64,000 bases of DNA from Candidatus Poribacteria bacterium (GCA_022827625.1 JAJEIE010000027.1:174827-238826), one strand, 5' to 3'; positions 47,524-58,654 are shown, counted from the first letter of the stretch. Notes: generated by a model not told the origin, from the sequence alone. Made by a program: numbers and translations.

Positions 47524-47862
47524 ATGTATGCAGTCTTTGCAAGCGGCGGGAAACAGCATCGGGTCGAAATTGGCAGCCTTATTGATGTTGAAAAACTGGA
47601 TGCTGATGTCGGTGCCAATGTCACGTTTCCATCTGTCTTGGCTGTTTCTGATGGTGCCGGCAACTTACAAACCGGTTCGCCGTATCTTGAGAATACCGCA
47701 GTTACAGCTGAAGTGATTCAACAAGCACGCGCGAAAAAGACAATTGTGTTCAAGTCGAAACGGCGTAAAGGATATAAACGGAAGTTAGGGCACCGGCAAT
47801 CATTTACACGCGTGAAAATTACCGCAATTGGTGCGGTGGAGGGGGAATCCGATGGCACATAA
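47524..47862 (+). CDS. rplU: 50S ribosomal protein L21
   Basis: Has '[17 protein letters not shown]...[14 protein letters not shown]'. Confidence 0.95.
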   Translation: MYAVFASGGKQHRVEIGSLIDVEKLDADVGANVTFPSVLAVSDGAGNLQTGSPYLENTAVTAEVIQQARAKKTIVFKSKRRKGYKRKLGHRQSFTRVKITAIGAVEGESDGT

Positions 47863-48118
47863 AAAAGGTGGTGGAAGCACCCGCAACGGACGGGATAGTA
47901 TCGGAAAACGGCTCGGTGTCAAAAGGTTTTCTGGCAATTACGTTACTGCAGGGAGCATCCTCGCCCGACAGCGTGGAACCCACATTCACGCCGGCAATAA
48001 TGTCGGTGTTGGAAGAGATTACACGCTCTATTCAAAGATCGATGGATATGTATGGTTCGAGCGGAAAGACAAATATCGCCGGAAGGTGAGTGTCTATACA
48101 GAACGTCCTGAATTTTAG
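47852..48118 (+). CDS. rpmA: 50S ribosomal protein L27
   Basis: Has '[28 protein letters not shown]'. It overlaps the rplU stop. Confidence 0.95.
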   Translation: MAHKKGGGSTRNGRDSIGKRLGVKRFSGNYVTAGSILARQRGTHIHAGNNVGVGRDYTLYSKIDGYVWFERKDKYRRKVSVYTERPEF

Positions 48119-48151
48119 CGAATATTCCGGCATCAGGAACAAACGACGAAC

Positions 48152-48202
48152 AGCCTCGCCTGAGGGCGGTGCATTGACGCACCACCTGAGCGGGGCTTTT
48201 TT
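48152..48202 (+). terminator. Probable intrinsic terminator after rpmA
   Basis: A GC-rich compound stem (AGCCTCGCC...GGCGGTGC-attgac-GCACCACC...AGCGGGGCT) is followed by TTTTTT. Confidence 0.5.
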
Positions 48203-48315
48203 GCTAAATGAGTTAATGGTTCTTAGTTATAAGTTATAAGTCAGAGGCGGGTGAGTCACAATTCACCTTTCTTTGGCGTCCTTGAAGTTGGAATGGGTTT
48301 TTACAGAAACACTCT

Positions 48316-48350
48316 TAACTAATAACCAATAACCAATAACCAATAACTAA
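48316..48350 (+). repeat. Heptamer microsatellite (AACCAAT)x4; a (GTTATAA)x2 repeat also lies at 48225-48241
   Basis: Read directly from the sequence, in the promoter region of the lipoprotein operon. Confidence 0.6.
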
Positions 48351-48356
48351 AAATTA

Positions 48357-48764
48357 ATGGTAAAATTGACGGTCTACTTTTTTATTTTTCTAATGTTCAT
48401 TGGCTGCGGTGGGCAATTACAGCAGCTCGCTGTAGAGACTATGGAAAACGCGCAAATCGCGCTCACTTCTGCCAACGCGATGGGGGCGGAGACAGCCGCG
48501 GTGACATCCCTCCGGACTGCTGAAGAGATGCTTGCGAGTGCTGGAAACGCCATGAATGCAGGGGATGCTGAGCAGGCGTATCGGTTAGCCCTACGATCGT
48601 ATCTCCATGCGCGTATCGCAACAGAGACGGCTATTGCTGCTCGCGAAGAGGCGGGCGTTGGAGAAGCACAAGAACAACTGGCAGCCAGTGAACAGCGTGT
48701 CGCTGAAGCACTTCAGCGGCTTGAGGCTATAAAAGCGGAACTTGAGGCGTCGGAGAAATTATGA
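48357..48764 (+). CDS. DUF4398-like Ala-rich helical lipoprotein
   Basis: Has a lipobox 'FIGCGG' followed by an Ala-rich helical repeat. Its stop overlaps the next gene's start. Confidence 0.55.
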   Translation: MVKLTVYFFIFLMFIGCGGQLQQLAVETMENAQIALTSANAMGAETAAVTSLRTAEEMLASAGNAMNAGDAEQAYRLALRSYLHARIATETAIAAREEAGVGEAQEQLAASEQRVAEALQRLEAIKAELEASEKL

Positions 48765-50413
48765 TGAAATCCTACGGATGGCTACTTTTGTTTCTATACC
48801 TTGTTGTTTTTGGGTGTACTGTCCCTGAGATTGATGAGGTTATGCTAACGACGCAACTCCAGGACGCGCAGCAGGCGATTCAGAACGCAGCCGAATTGGA
48901 AGCTGAACCTCTGGTCCCAGAGGAATATGGGAGAGCGGTAAAACTTCTGAATTTCGCACGCGACGCCCGGGAAAAAGGCGATATTCCGCAAAGTGCTGAG
49001 TTTGCGTATCAGGCGGAATTGGTCGCGCAGGTCGCTATTGCGAAGGCACGGCAGCATCAGGCACGGCAACAGGTTATTGATATCCGTGAACAGGTATATC
49101 AGCGAATTATAAAAGCACAAGAGCATGAACGTGAAATTGCACGTATCCGGCAGGTGATTACCGAAAAGCAGCTTGCCCGCGCTGTGAGTTCACACGGTAA
49201 AGAACAGCAGGTCACAGAACGGCTTTCGACCGAAATCGCTGATTTAAAAACCGCACTCCGTCAAGCAGAACTCCGTTTACCTCTCACAAATTTAGAGTCT
49301 CTGACCAATGCTGCGCTGTATTTCTACCCGGCGATTGAAACAACCGCGGATTATGAAAAAGTCCAATTGTCACTTGCCTCGGTAGTGAACCTTATTGAAC
49401 GCGGAGATTTTACTGAAGCAGAGGACGTTCTTGCTAAAACGCAAACGACGGTGAATAGCCTTTACGAGTCGGCGAAACAAAGCCGCAAACGGGAAACAGA
49501 AGCGAAGACCAACGCATGGATTTCAATTGCGAAGGTTGAGGTGGTCATTGCGCGCGCACAACTTCTCAATGCCGCTCAGCATGCACCACAACGATTTGAA
49601 GAGACGAATGCGCAACTGGAACGCGCTACGCAGGCGTTGATAGCCGGTCGTTATGAGCAAGCCGATCAATTCGCCCAACAAGCACAACGGATGGCAGATG
49701 AGATGGTCAACGTTGTGGAGGTAGTGGAATTCAGAAAGCGCGCACAGGACGAATTGAATCTAATAATAGCCGAAGCGGAGCGAGCTGTTCGCACGCTTGA
49801 CGAGAAAATTGCCGCGCAGGCGCGCACGGAGGTGCCGCAATTAGAGGCGAAACTCTATGGACTGGCAAAATCTGCTTACACAGCGGCAAAATCCGCCTTG
49901 GCGACTAAAGAGTATCAGACGGCGATCGAAACGGCAGCGGAAGGCAATGATTATTTGGAACGAGCGATCGCGAGTACGCAACAGGTGACCTCTATCAAGT
50001 CAGACTTAGTGGAGGCGGCGCGGAAAGTTCCTAAGGTTTCCGAGGTTATCGAGCAGCAGAATAGTGTGCTCATCCGTGTTCAGGGGGATGCGTTTGCTGT
50101 TGGGAGTGCTCACCTCCAAGAAGGTTTTCTGCCTACGTTTGCTCTACTTGCAGAAATCCTACAGAGGACTGCTTTTCGCGACTATCCGATCCGAGTTGAG
50201 TCGCATACAACTTCCTTGGGGAATGAGAGTGTGAATCGAAGGTTAAGTATGGCACGCGCCGATACGGTGAAAAATTATTTCGTTGATCAGGGTAAGATTA
50301 ATGTCGAACGCTTGACTGCTGCCGGTTTGGGAGAAACCAAGCCTATTACTTCGGATGGTCTGGACAAAGAGGAACAGAACCTCAGAATTGATATAATCAT
50401 CACAACAAACTAA
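48761..50413 (+). CDS. OmpA-family lipoprotein with N-terminal DUF4398-like and coiled-coil regions
   Basis: Has a lipobox 'VFGC'. The C-terminal OmpA-like domain shows 'RVESHTTSLGNESVNRRLSMARADTV'. Confidence 0.7.
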   Translation: MMKSYGWLLLFLYLVVFGCTVPEIDEVMLTTQLQDAQQAIQNAAELEAEPLVPEEYGRAVKLLNFARDAREKGDIPQSAEFAYQAELVAQVAIAKARQHQARQQVIDIREQVYQRIIKAQEHEREIARIRQVITEKQLARAVSSHGKEQQVTERLSTEIADLKTALRQAELRLPLTNLESLTNAALYFYPAIETTADYEKVQLSLASVVNLIERGDFTEAEDVLAKTQTTVNSLYESAKQSRKRETEAKTNAWISIAKVEVVIARAQLLNAAQHAPQRFEETNAQLERATQALIAGRYEQADQFAQQAQRMADEMVNVVEVVEFRKRAQDELNLIIAEAERAVRTLDEKIAAQARTEVPQLEAKLYGLAKSAYTAAKSALATKEYQTAIETAAEGNDYLERAIASTQQVTSIKSDLVEAARKVPKVSEVIEQQNSVLIRVQGDAFAVGSAHLQEGFLPTFALLAEILQRTAFRDYPIRVESHTTSLGNESVNRRLSMARADTVKNYFVDQGKINVERLTAAGLGETKPITSDGLDKEEQNLRIDIIITTN

Positions 50414-50419
50414 AAGCTT

Positions 50420-50722
50420 GTGTCACATAACCAACCTTATGTCATCCATCAGATTGCGCTTAACCTGTTTGGGGACAGATATATCATCATTTATGGAAAC
50501 ACAATTCAATTCCATAACCACTGCTACCATGTGAGGCGTATTGACAGCCCGGGGCATCCGTATCATGGATGCTACTACTTACAAGACGCGAACACAGGTT
50601 TGGCGATGTGGAGTGATGTCGATTTCGCGCCGCCGGGGCGTTACGGTGTAATCTTTGATCCAGAAACGGGTGATATTATTGATTGCGAACCGATCCGTAC
50701 CTCGCCGATGCAGGGCGTCTAA
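50420..50722 (+). CDS. Hypothetical small His/Tyr-rich protein
   Basis: ORF only. Confidence 0.3.
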   Translation: MSHNQPYVIHQIALNLFGDRYIIIYGNTIQFHNHCYHVRRIDSPGHPYHGCYYLQDANTGLAMWSDVDFAPPGRYGVIFDPETGDIIDCEPIRTSPMQGV

Positions 50723-50748
50723 ATAATCCTAAAATTTACTATAACAAT

Positions 50749-52320
50749 ATGAGTCACACAGATAACATCGCATTAGAACAGCAAGAAACTATCCTTATCT
50801 TAGACTTCGGTTCACAGTACACGCAGCTCATCGCTCGCCGTATCCGCGAACAGAGCGTTTACTGCGAAATTCATCCGTGCACCCTACCGCTCTCGGAGAT
50901 TAAGGCGATTGCTCCGAAAGGGATTATTCTGAGTGGCGGACCAGCGAGTGTCTATGAACCCGATTCTCCGAAAATTGATGCCGAACTTTTTGCGTTGGGC
51001 GTTCCGATATTAGGTATCTGCTACGGTATGCAGCTCATGGCGGCACTCCTGACGGGTGGGGAGGTTCAACCTGCCACTGAGCGGGAATATGGACACGCGC
51101 CGCTTCGAGTGCTTGACGCATCAGAACCGCTATTCGATGGTCTTTCTTCCGAATTTTCCGCTTGGATGAGCCATGGGGACCGGATCGGAACGCCGCCGGT
51201 CGGATTCCGGACGATTGGAGAGACGGAGAACGCGCCGATTGCTGCTATGGTGGATTCTGATCGTGGCTTTTATGGGTTGCAATTTCACCCTGAAGTTGAG
51301 CATACACAGGATGCTGACAGGATTTTACAGAACTTCACGCGGAAAATCTGTGGGTGTCACAGCGCGTGGACAATGCGTGCTTTTATTGCCCGCGCAACGG
51401 CACAAATTCAGGGACAGGTCGGAGCGGAACGCGTTCTATGTGCTGTCAGTGGTGGGGTTGATTCTATGGTGCTCGCAACGCTTCTCCATAAGGCGATAGG
51501 CGATGCACTCGTGCCTGTCTTTGTGGACAATGGGCTACTACGCAAAAACGAGGCTGCGGAAGTTGTTGCGACGTGTAAGGGGCTTGGGATTCCGCTTATT
51601 GCGGTTGATGCCGTGGACCCGTTTCTGAGTGCTTTGGTGGGGGTCACGGACCCTGAAAAGAAACGGAAGGTGATTGGTGCACAGTTTATTGACACCTTCA
51701 GATCAACCGTCCGCGAAACGGCGCAGAACTTCCGATTCCTTGCGCAAGGCACGCTCTACCCGGATGTCATAGAAAGCGTTTCGGTGAAGGGTCCGTCTGC
51801 TACGATTAAGACGCATCACAACGTTGGTGGGTTACCGACAGATATGCCGTTTGAATTGCTTGAACCTTTTCGGGAACTCTTTAAGGATGAGGTGCGTGCC
51901 GTCGGCGCGGAACTGAATATACCGACACATGTTTTGGGACGACATCCGTTCCCGGGTCCCGGACTCGCTGTGCGAATTCTCGGTGAAGTTACCTATGATC
52001 GGTTGGAGGTCCTCCGCGCAGCGGATGCTATTTTTATCTCCGAAATTACAGCGGCGGGCCTGTACGACGAAATTTGGCAGGCGTTAGCGGTGCTACTGCC
52101 GGTCAAGAGTGTTGGTGTGATGGGAGATGCACGGACTTACGAGAATGCTGTGGCGTTGCGAGCCGTCACGAGCAGCGATGCGATGACGGCGGATTGGGCG
52201 CGCATCCCTGCTGATGTACTCGCCAGAATCTCGAATCGTATTATTAACGAGGTACAGGGCATCAACCGTGTTGTTTACGATATTAGTTCAAAGCCGCCGA
52301 GTACGATTGAGTGGGAGTAG
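50749..52320 (+). CDS. guaA: GMP synthase (glutamine-hydrolysing)
   Basis: The GATase region shows '[20 protein letters not shown]' and 'GICYGMQ'. The PP-loop 'SGGVDS' and the C-terminus 'IEWE' are also present. Confidence 0.95.
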   Translation: MSHTDNIALEQQETILILDFGSQYTQLIARRIREQSVYCEIHPCTLPLSEIKAIAPKGIILSGGPASVYEPDSPKIDAELFALGVPILGICYGMQLMAALLTGGEVQPATEREYGHAPLRVLDASEPLFDGLSSEFSAWMSHGDRIGTPPVGFRTIGETENAPIAAMVDSDRGFYGLQFHPEVEHTQDADRILQNFTRKICGCHSAWTMRAFIARATAQIQGQVGAERVLCAVSGGVDSMVLATLLHKAIGDALVPVFVDNGLLRKNEAAEVVATCKGLGIPLIAVDAVDPFLSALVGVTDPEKKRKVIGAQFIDTFRSTVRETAQNFRFLAQGTLYPDVIESVSVKGPSATIKTHHNVGGLPTDMPFELLEPFRELFKDEVRAVGAELNIPTHVLGRHPFPGPGLAVRILGEVTYDRLEVLRAADAIFISEITAAGLYDEIWQALAVLLPVKSVGVMGDARTYENAVALRAVTSSDAMTADWARIPADVLARISNRIINEVQGINRVVYDISSKPPSTIEWE

Positions 52321-52326
52321 CCGTTA

Positions 52327-52427
52327 GGGCAGTAAAGTTTAAAAGTTCAAAGGGGTCTAAAGTCCGTAAAGTTGTAGATATTCAAACACAACTTTCAACT
52401 TGCAAACTTTATCAAACTTTGCTGCCC
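52327..52427 (+). promoter_or_regulatory. Structured convergent intergenic region with a 14-bp long-range inverted repeat (GGGCAGTAAAGTTT ... AAACTTTGCTGCCC), an internal 7-bp hairpin and AAAGTT/AACTTT reiterations; probably a bidirectional terminator
   Basis: Read directly from the sequence. Confidence 0.4.
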
Positions 52428-52445
52428 TGATTGCTGACCTCTATT

Positions 52446-53618
52446 TTAGGCATAAGCCTGTGAGGCGGCTTGAACGGCAGTGCCGGGTTTCACACCATGT
52501 CCGTACTCAATTAGCAGTTTCTCCAATGCATTGAGGAATAGCAGGACGTTCCGCTCGTTAGATGAGTCGCCCATGAGTCCAACTCTCCACGCCTTTCCGG
52601 CAAAGATTCCGAGACCGCCACCGATTTCTATGCCGTAGTCTGTGATGAGCCGTCCCCGGATCGTTGCATCGTCAATACCGTCAGGAATGCGTAATGTCGT
52701 TAGCATGGGGGCGCGGTAACCTTCCTCTGCGGCGGGTTGCAACCCAATCGCTTCAGCCCCCGCGAGAAGTGCGCGTGCATTGCGTTCATGCCGTTCATAG
52801 CGAGCTGCTAAACCCTCTTCTAATATGACCCGTAATCCTTCCCGTAAAGCATAGATAAGCGACATTGAAACTGTGTGATGATAACCGCGTTTTTCGGCGT
52901 GCCAATAATTTTCGAGCAATGTCATGTCGAGATAAAAACTCTGAATGGGAGTCTTGCGATTCCGAATGACTTCCACGGCGCGTTTGCTGAAACTGATCGG
53001 CGAGAGCCCTGGCGGACAGGCGAGACACTTTTGGGTGCAGCTATAGGCGACATCAATACGGCGTGCGTCGAGATTTACGGGCTGCCCACCGAGGGAGGTT
53101 ACGCAGTCTGCGAGGAAGAGAGCACCGTTTTCGTGGGCGATTTCGACGGCTTCTGTTAGCGGTTGGAGGATACCGGTGGAGGTTTCGCCGTGAACGAGTG
53201 CCACGAGTTTCGGGTTCGAGACCTGCGCAACGGCGTTAGCGATCTTTTCGGTGGGAATGTGTTTACCCCATTCTGCTTCGACGGTTGTCACGTTTGCACC
53301 GCACCGTGCGGCGATGTCGGCGATCCTGGCACCGAAGTAACCACAGACACCAATAACTACTGAATCACCGGGTTCAATGAGATTCGCGAGTGCGGCTTCC
53401 ATGCCAGCAGTCCCGGTCCCAGAGACCGGTAAGGTGAGGCTGTTTTTGGTTCCAAAGACACAGCGGAGCAGTGCCACGGTATCATCCATTATTTCGACAA
53501 ATTCTGTGTCTAAATACCCCAACATCGGGGTTGTCATTGCTTTAAGTACCCGCGCGTTGGCTTCACTGGGTCCTGGACCGAGTAGCACGCGCGGGGATGC
53601 TATTAATTCGTCATACAC
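52446..53618 (-). CDS. Class V aminotransferase (alanine-glyoxylate / serine-pyruvate aminotransferase-like)
   Basis: Has 'LLGPGPS' and 'YSCTQKCLACPPG' (PLP-Lys region). Confidence 0.8.
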   Translation of the reverse strand: MYDELIASPRVLLGPGPSEANARVLKAMTTPMLGYLDTEFVEIMDDTVALLRCVFGTKNSLTLPVSGTGTAGMEAALANLIEPGDSVVIGVCGYFGARIADIAARCGANVTTVEAEWGKHIPTEKIANAVAQVSNPKLVALVHGETSTGILQPLTEAVEIAHENGALFLADCVTSLGGQPVNLDARRIDVAYSCTQKCLACPPGLSPISFSKRAVEVIRNRKTPIQSFYLDMTLLENYWHAEKRGYHHTVSMSLIYALREGLRVILEEGLAARYERHERNARALLAGAEAIGLQPAAEEGYRAPMLTTLRIPDGIDDATIRGRLITDYGIEIGGGLGIFAGKAWRVGLMGDSSNERNVLLFLNALEKLLIEYGHGVKPGTAVQAASQAYA

Positions 53619-53696
53619 TTTTTTGATAGGCTCCTCAGATACTGCCTAAATCACAGATTTTTGAGATTTGGGAACATTGGGATTAAGGCGAGTTGG

Positions 53697-53728
53697 CAAA
53701 AAATAGAGGATGCCGTATGGCACCCTCT
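53697..53728 (-). terminator. Rho-independent terminator downstream of the TPR gene
   Basis: On the minus strand the hairpin is AGAGGGTGCC-atac-GGCATCCTCT followed by ATTTTTT. A second 9-bp perfect hairpin lies at 53737-53758. Confidence 0.6.
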
Positions 53729-53779
53729 ATTGGGAGGCCTCGGTCAGGCGACCGAGGCTAAAATACGTGCGTGTGGCAA

Positions 53780-56700
53780 TTACTCACCACCACCGCCACC
53801 ACCGGCGGCTTCACCACGAATCTCCAGATTGTTCGCTCTCATGTAACTTTGAATTGTCTGAATCTGGCTGATTGCGTAGGTGAGTGCCTGGTTGACTTTT
53901 GTGTCGACGGGTGGGGTCGTCTCATATTTTGCCCACAACCGGTTGAAGTAATCCAAGGCATCGTTGAAATAGGTATCGTCACTGTCGGCTAAGACCATAT
54001 AGGCTTCACCAATCTGGACGAGACCGAGGTCAGCGTACTTGGTCGTCGGGTAGGTCTCAATAATCTTACTATAGGCAGCGATAGCCCCTTCGATAGCCGG
54101 TTTCTGCGCCTCACCGCTTGCGAGTTTGGCTTCGTTGAGGAGGTCGGTTGCGACCTCATACTCGTAGAAGGTCAACGCGTTTGCCGTATCGTTGAGATAA
54201 TTGAGTGCCGTCGATTTTGATTCGTTCCCGATGCCGGGTGTATCAACTGCTTTCTGATAGTTCTCGATCGCCATCTGATAGAAACTGATACGTTCGGCTT
54301 CCTCAACGCCTTGCTCAGAACCGGCGTTGTAGTACTTGTTGCCGATATTGATCAACGCGTCAGCAGTGTACTGACTGTTTGGATACTCAGCGACGAGGGC
54401 TTCGTTTGCCTCAAAGAGTCGATCGTACCATTGCTGTCTCGCTTCGCCGTCGCCTGCCTTTTCAGCGGCTTCACTCAGGAGCTGCGCACAGGTCGAGATA
54501 GCATACAACGATTCCGCTGCGCTTTTGTGTGTTTTGTTCACAGCGCGGACTTTATCGTATTCTTCGATGGCTTTCTCGAATTGTTGTGCGGCGTAGTAAG
54601 ATTCACCGACGTGATACTGCCAGAAGGCGGCATCGTTCGCGCTCGGATAACGGCGGACCATATCGCGGAAAACGTCACCAGCAGCGATGAAGTAATTCAC
54701 CGCTTTTTCAGACATTTCACCATCGATACCGACCTGCATCCGACCCAACTCGAAGTTAGCAGCGGCGAGGTAGTTCAGTGATGTCTCTGTGTTCTTCCTG
54801 AGACCATCGGATGCGGGGAAAAGCCCTTGATCAACATAGCCAACGAACGTTGTCAGCGGTGTAAGTGCGCTCGTCAAGTCTTGTGGAAGTTTCACACCGA
54901 TACCGACAGAGTAATAGATCTGTCCGGCTTGGAAGAGCGAATTCTGAACATACGGGATGACCGTCTCTTTGTCCGCTTTTTCGATCGGTGCGGCGATGGA
55001 TGTCACTTCAAAGAAGGAACCGGCGGCTTGCCGACTCGCATCAATGTAGGGTTGGAGATCTGTCCCTGCCTCTGTCGAGAAGAGCGAACGCGCTTTATCG
55101 GAATAGAGGAATCCGATGTTGTATTGTGCAGCGGCTTTCTCAGCCACGGTTGCCTGCGGATTCGCCATCGTCCGATCGCGTGCTTCAACGGCTTCAGCAA
55201 TGGCTTCATCTAAACGACCGAGTTCGACGTAGAGCGTGGAGCGACGGATACCGGCGTCGGCGACCATTGAGGCGACGTTGGCGTTATCCGAACCGCTGTA
55301 TTCACCAATCAAAGTCTGGAAGGTTTCCAGTGCTCTGTCAAGCTGCTTGAGTTGGTCTTGATAAATCAAGCCTATGCGATAGTAGGATTGCGCTTTGACG
55401 AGCGGGTCCTCGACCAATTCAATGGCGTTTTGGTAGCTCATCAAGGCTTCCGAATAAGCTTTGAGTTGCTCGTCTTGCGCGAATGCCATAGCGAAGTAGG
55501 AGCGTCCCTTCATATCCGGATCTTCCGTGTTTTCGATAATATACTGATACTCTTGCACCGAGGCGGCGTGGTCGCCGAGTGTGGCGTTGAGTTCAGCGAG
55601 ACGTGAGTGTGCTTGGAAGATGAGAGCCTTCCGTGCTTCGTCCTCCGTCTGTCCCTCTAATGCCGTGACACCTTTGAATGCGTCCGCTGCGCCTTTGTTG
55701 TCTTCGAGACCGAGTTTCGCCAAACCTGCGGTGTAATTCGCACTGATCAGGTTGTCAGCGTCATCTGTCAAGGTTGCGACTTTTTCAGCGGCGGCGACAG
55801 CATTCTGGAGGCTCAACTGCTTACTACCAGCATCCGTAGCGGCTTGTGCAATCTGATAATGGCAGACTGCTGCTTGATACTGTGCGTTGGGTGCCAGTTC
55901 GCTGTTCGGGAATTTTTGGACGAAGTCGAGATATGCTGCCAATCCTTCGTCATAGCGTTTGGCAGAATAGTAGGTGTGTCCAATCTTCAGCTGCGAACGA
56001 CTGCGTGCTTCTTCGGGTGCACCCGTGTTGTTCACAATCCGTTCCAGGGACATTACCAGTGCATCGACATCAACCTCTTCACTACTATTTTCAATAGCGG
56101 TGGCTTTAATCAGATCGATATGTCCAAGTGTCTTGAGAACGAGCTCATTGTCACTTGAGCCATATTTGCTGTTAGCTTCGTCGGCAATCTGAAGGATGAG
56201 TGGCCATTTTTCCGCATCATTCTGTTTTTGCGCTGCATCCCGATAGGCGAGTGCCAGACCGTAATAGGCTTCAACAGCGTTCGGGCTATCAGCATAGTCT
56301 GAAAGCACACGTTTGAATGCCGTCTCAGAGGAAACCAAGAGATCCGGGTTGTCAGTGGCGGCTTGGTAATAACAGAGCCCCACGAGATAGAGTGCATCGT
56401 CTGCGTATTCACCAGACGGGTTGCCATCAACCACGGCTTGATATTGAACAGCAGCTTCTGCAAACCGCTTTTCTGCGCGGAGCAGGTCAGCGAGTTTGAT
56501 CTCTGCCAACGACCTATTGTCAGCATCGGCGAGTTTATCCAAGATGCTATTGTAATAGTCAATTGCATCGTCTTGATTGCCCTGCTTGACATGGCTGTTC
56601 GCGACGAGGAGAAGTGCGCGTTCGTAGTATTCACTGGTTTCCGGAATAGAGGCATAGCGATCGCGTGCCTGTCCCCAGTCACCGAGCATTTCGTGTGAAA

Positions 56701-58483
56701 GGGCTTCGTTCATGATACAGGCTTCTACTTGCGCGATACGCTCGCTGAAGTCGTCATAACGTTCCTCAGCAACACCTGGGAGGAAGGCTTCGTCATTAAA
56801 CATGCCGACCGCCTCTCGGTATGCCGCGACAGACTTCTGGAGGTATTCCATGTTGAACTCAGCACCTGCGTCGCCTTCCTGATAGCCTTCAGGTTTGGCG
56901 GCTTCGTAGTAGGAACGTCCTTCAAAGAACTTACCCATCAATTTGACGAGATGGAACTTCGGCAGCGGACGATAATCCCAGAGTTTCGCGTATTCTTCAG
57001 CGGCTTCAACGTACTGTTTGAATTCTGTCCGCTTGATGTCAGCAAACCGGAGTTGAACCTCGGCGGCAAGGATATCGAACTCGTTGTCGTTCTTGTTCTT
57101 GTCGATAAACTCACGTGCCATGGTTTCTAACTCTTCTTTACGACCGAGATCGTTCAAAGCCCAGATTGCACCGTAGAGTGCGTGGGGTGCGACAGGGTCT
57201 TGTGGGAAATTGTCGATCGTTTTCTGATACCACTGCAGTGAGAGTTCAAGGGTCCCCATTCCGGCTTCAGCGTCCCCGGCATTTCTCTGTTCAGTGCCGA
57301 GCTTGTAGTATGCCTCAGCGATTTGATAGGAGCAGTAGGGGATGAAGTCGGTGGATTCTTGGTGTTCATTGATAACGCGTTCGTACGCTACCGTCGCTTG
57401 ACTCCAATTCGACAAGCGGAAGTAACTATCGGCGATACCGAGTTTTGCTTCAGCGATATAGTCGCTCTCAGGGTATTCTTCGAGGAGTGTGGTGTATGAA
57501 ACGATAGCGTTTTCATAGTCGCCTTGGTCGAAGTAGGTACGTCCGATAGCAGACTGGATTTCTGCCTGTAGCATCCGGTCGGCGGTATTTTGGAGTGCCA
57601 ACTCATAGTTGACGCGAGCGTTGTCATAGTCCTTCTGACGGGCGTAAATTGCGCCTTGGTCGAAGTAGGCTGCTGTGACGTATTGGCTTTCCGGGAACTG
57701 CGTAATGAAGTTGGTGTATCTACCGATAGCTTCATCATCTCTACCGAGTTGATTCAAACTATAAGCGGCTTTGTACATCGCTTCGGCTTGCAGGTCTGGA
57801 TAATTTTTGAATTCCTCCGTCGCAATTTTATCGAATTCCTGATAGGCTTGCTCATAGTTCGATTCATTCAGGAATGATTGTGCGATGAGGTGTTGTGCGT
57901 CATCTTTGAAGTCTGAATTCGGGAAACCGTCAAGCACGGCTTTGAATGCTTGTCGGGAGTCTTCATAATTCTGTAATTTGAAGTTCAACTGCCCGATAGC
58001 ATACCATGCGTTCTCGACGAAGAGGCTGTTGGGGAAGTTCTCGATGAGCTGCATGAACTTCGGTTCTGCCAATTCAAACTGCTCGGTACGGTAAAGGATG
58101 TGTCCCCAGAGATAGGTTAATCCCTCTTGGTGTTTAGGGATTGTTGCGGTGGGGGCGACCTTTTCAATGTACTCAATCGCGCTGTCGTAATAATTGACAT
58201 CGCCCGACTGTTCGGCAAGTCTTGAGTAACTCACCGCGATCTTATAGTTAGCGAGGGTTGCGAAGTCCTTGTCAATAACTTCGGTTTTCACGCCTCGTTT
58301 TGTTGATTCGACGAGTGCCTCGGCATACTTTTCAATCGCACCTTCGTAGTCAGCTTGTCCGCGTAAATCTTCAGCGGATTGGTAAAGCTGCTCGACCTTT
58401 TTGGAGCTCCCCATCATAAGAGGCGAGATGAGCGCGATTATCAAGGCAAGACCGCCGATAATTCCCAAAATCCTTGGGTTCAT
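53780..58483 (-). CDS. Very large tetratricopeptide-repeat (TPR) protein, 1567 aa, N-terminally membrane-anchored
   Basis: Has an N-terminal TM 'ILGIIGGLALIIALISPLMMG' and dozens of TPR-like 34-aa repeats (W/LG/Y/A/F/AP pattern). Ends with a Gly-run tail. Confidence 0.8.
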   Translation of the reverse strand: MNPRILGIIGGLALIIALISPLMMGSSKKVEQLYQSAEDLRGQADYEGAIEKYAEALVESTKRGVKTEVIDKDFATLANYKIAVSYSRLAEQSGDVNYYDSAIEYIEKVAPTATIPKHQEGLTYLWGHILYRTEQFELAEPKFMQLIENFPNSLFVENAWYAIGQLNFKLQNYEDSRQAFKAVLDGFPNSDFKDDAQHLIAQSFLNESNYEQAYQEFDKIATEEFKNYPDLQAEAMYKAAYSLNQLGRDDEAIGRYTNFITQFPESQYVTAAYFDQGAIYARQKDYDNARVNYELALQNTADRMLQAEIQSAIGRTYFDQGDYENAIVSYTTLLEEYPESDYIAEAKLGIADSYFRLSNWSQATVAYERVINEHQESTDFIPYCSYQIAEAYYKLGTEQRNAGDAEAGMGTLELSLQWYQKTIDNFPQDPVAPHALYGAIWALNDLGRKEELETMAREFIDKNKNDNEFDILAAEVQLRFADIKRTEFKQYVEAAEEYAKLWDYRPLPKFHLVKLMGKFFEGRSYYEAAKPEGYQEGDAGAEFNMEYLQKSVAAYREAVGMFNDEAFLPGVAEERYDDFSERIAQVEACIMNEALSHEMLGDWGQARDRYASIPETSEYYERALLLVANSHVKQGNQDDAIDYYNSILDKLADADNRSLAEIKLADLLRAEKRFAEAAVQYQAVVDGNPSGEYADDALYLVGLCYYQAATDNPDLLVSSETAFKRVLSDYADSPNAVEAYYGLALAYRDAAQKQNDAEKWPLILQIADEANSKYGSSDNELVLKTLGHIDLIKATAIENSSEEVDVDALVMSLERIVNNTGAPEEARSRSQLKIGHTYYSAKRYDEGLAAYLDFVQKFPNSELAPNAQYQAAVCHYQIAQAATDAGSKQLSLQNAVAAAEKVATLTDDADNLISANYTAGLAKLGLEDNKGAADAFKGVTALEGQTEDEARKALIFQAHSRLAELNATLGDHAASVQEYQYIIENTEDPDMKGRSYFAMAFAQDEQLKAYSEALMSYQNAIELVEDPLVKAQSYYRIGLIYQDQLKQLDRALETFQTLIGEYSGSDNANVASMVADAGIRRSTLYVELGRLDEAIAEAVEARDRTMANPQATVAEKAAAQYNIGFLYSDKARSLFSTEAGTDLQPYIDASRQAAGSFFEVTSIAAPIEKADKETVIPYVQNSLFQAGQIYYSVGIGVKLPQDLTSALTPLTTFVGYVDQGLFPASDGLRKNTETSLNYLAAANFELGRMQVGIDGEMSEKAVNYFIAAGDVFRDMVRRYPSANDAAFWQYHVGESYYAAQQFEKAIEEYDKVRAVNKTHKSAAESLYAISTCAQLLSEAAEKAGDGEARQQWYDRLFEANEALVAEYPNSQYTADALINIGNKYYNAGSEQGVEEAERISFYQMAIENYQKAVDTPGIGNESKSTALNYLNDTANALTFYEYEVATDLLNEAKLASGEAQKPAIEGAIAAYSKIIETYPTTKYADLGLVQIGEAYMVLADSDDTYFNDALDYFNRLWAKYETTPPVDTKVNQALTYAISQIQTIQSYMRANNLEIRGEAAGGGGGGE

Positions 58484-58654
58484 TCGTGTTTCTCCTTGTT
58501 TATTTTCCTACTGTAAGCAGGACTAAGAGATTAGATACATTTCATTTAATCGATTGCTGGCTGTCAGCCTTCGGCTGTCAGCGATCAGTGATAAAGAAAT
58601 CTTCGGTAATCGTCGGTTGTCGACAATGAATTGCCGATAGCCGACTGCCGACGG

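Noticed and set aside
48316-48350. (AACCAAT)n repeat considered as a possible CRISPR array
   Set aside because: The units are contiguous 7-mers with no spacers, so this is a microsatellite and not a CRISPR. No repeat-spacer array occurs anywhere in the window.
54311-57877. Numerous plus-strand ORFs of 60-190 aa inside the giant TPR gene
   Set aside because: They are shadow ORFs antisense to a continuous 4.7-kb CDS with clear TPR periodicity.
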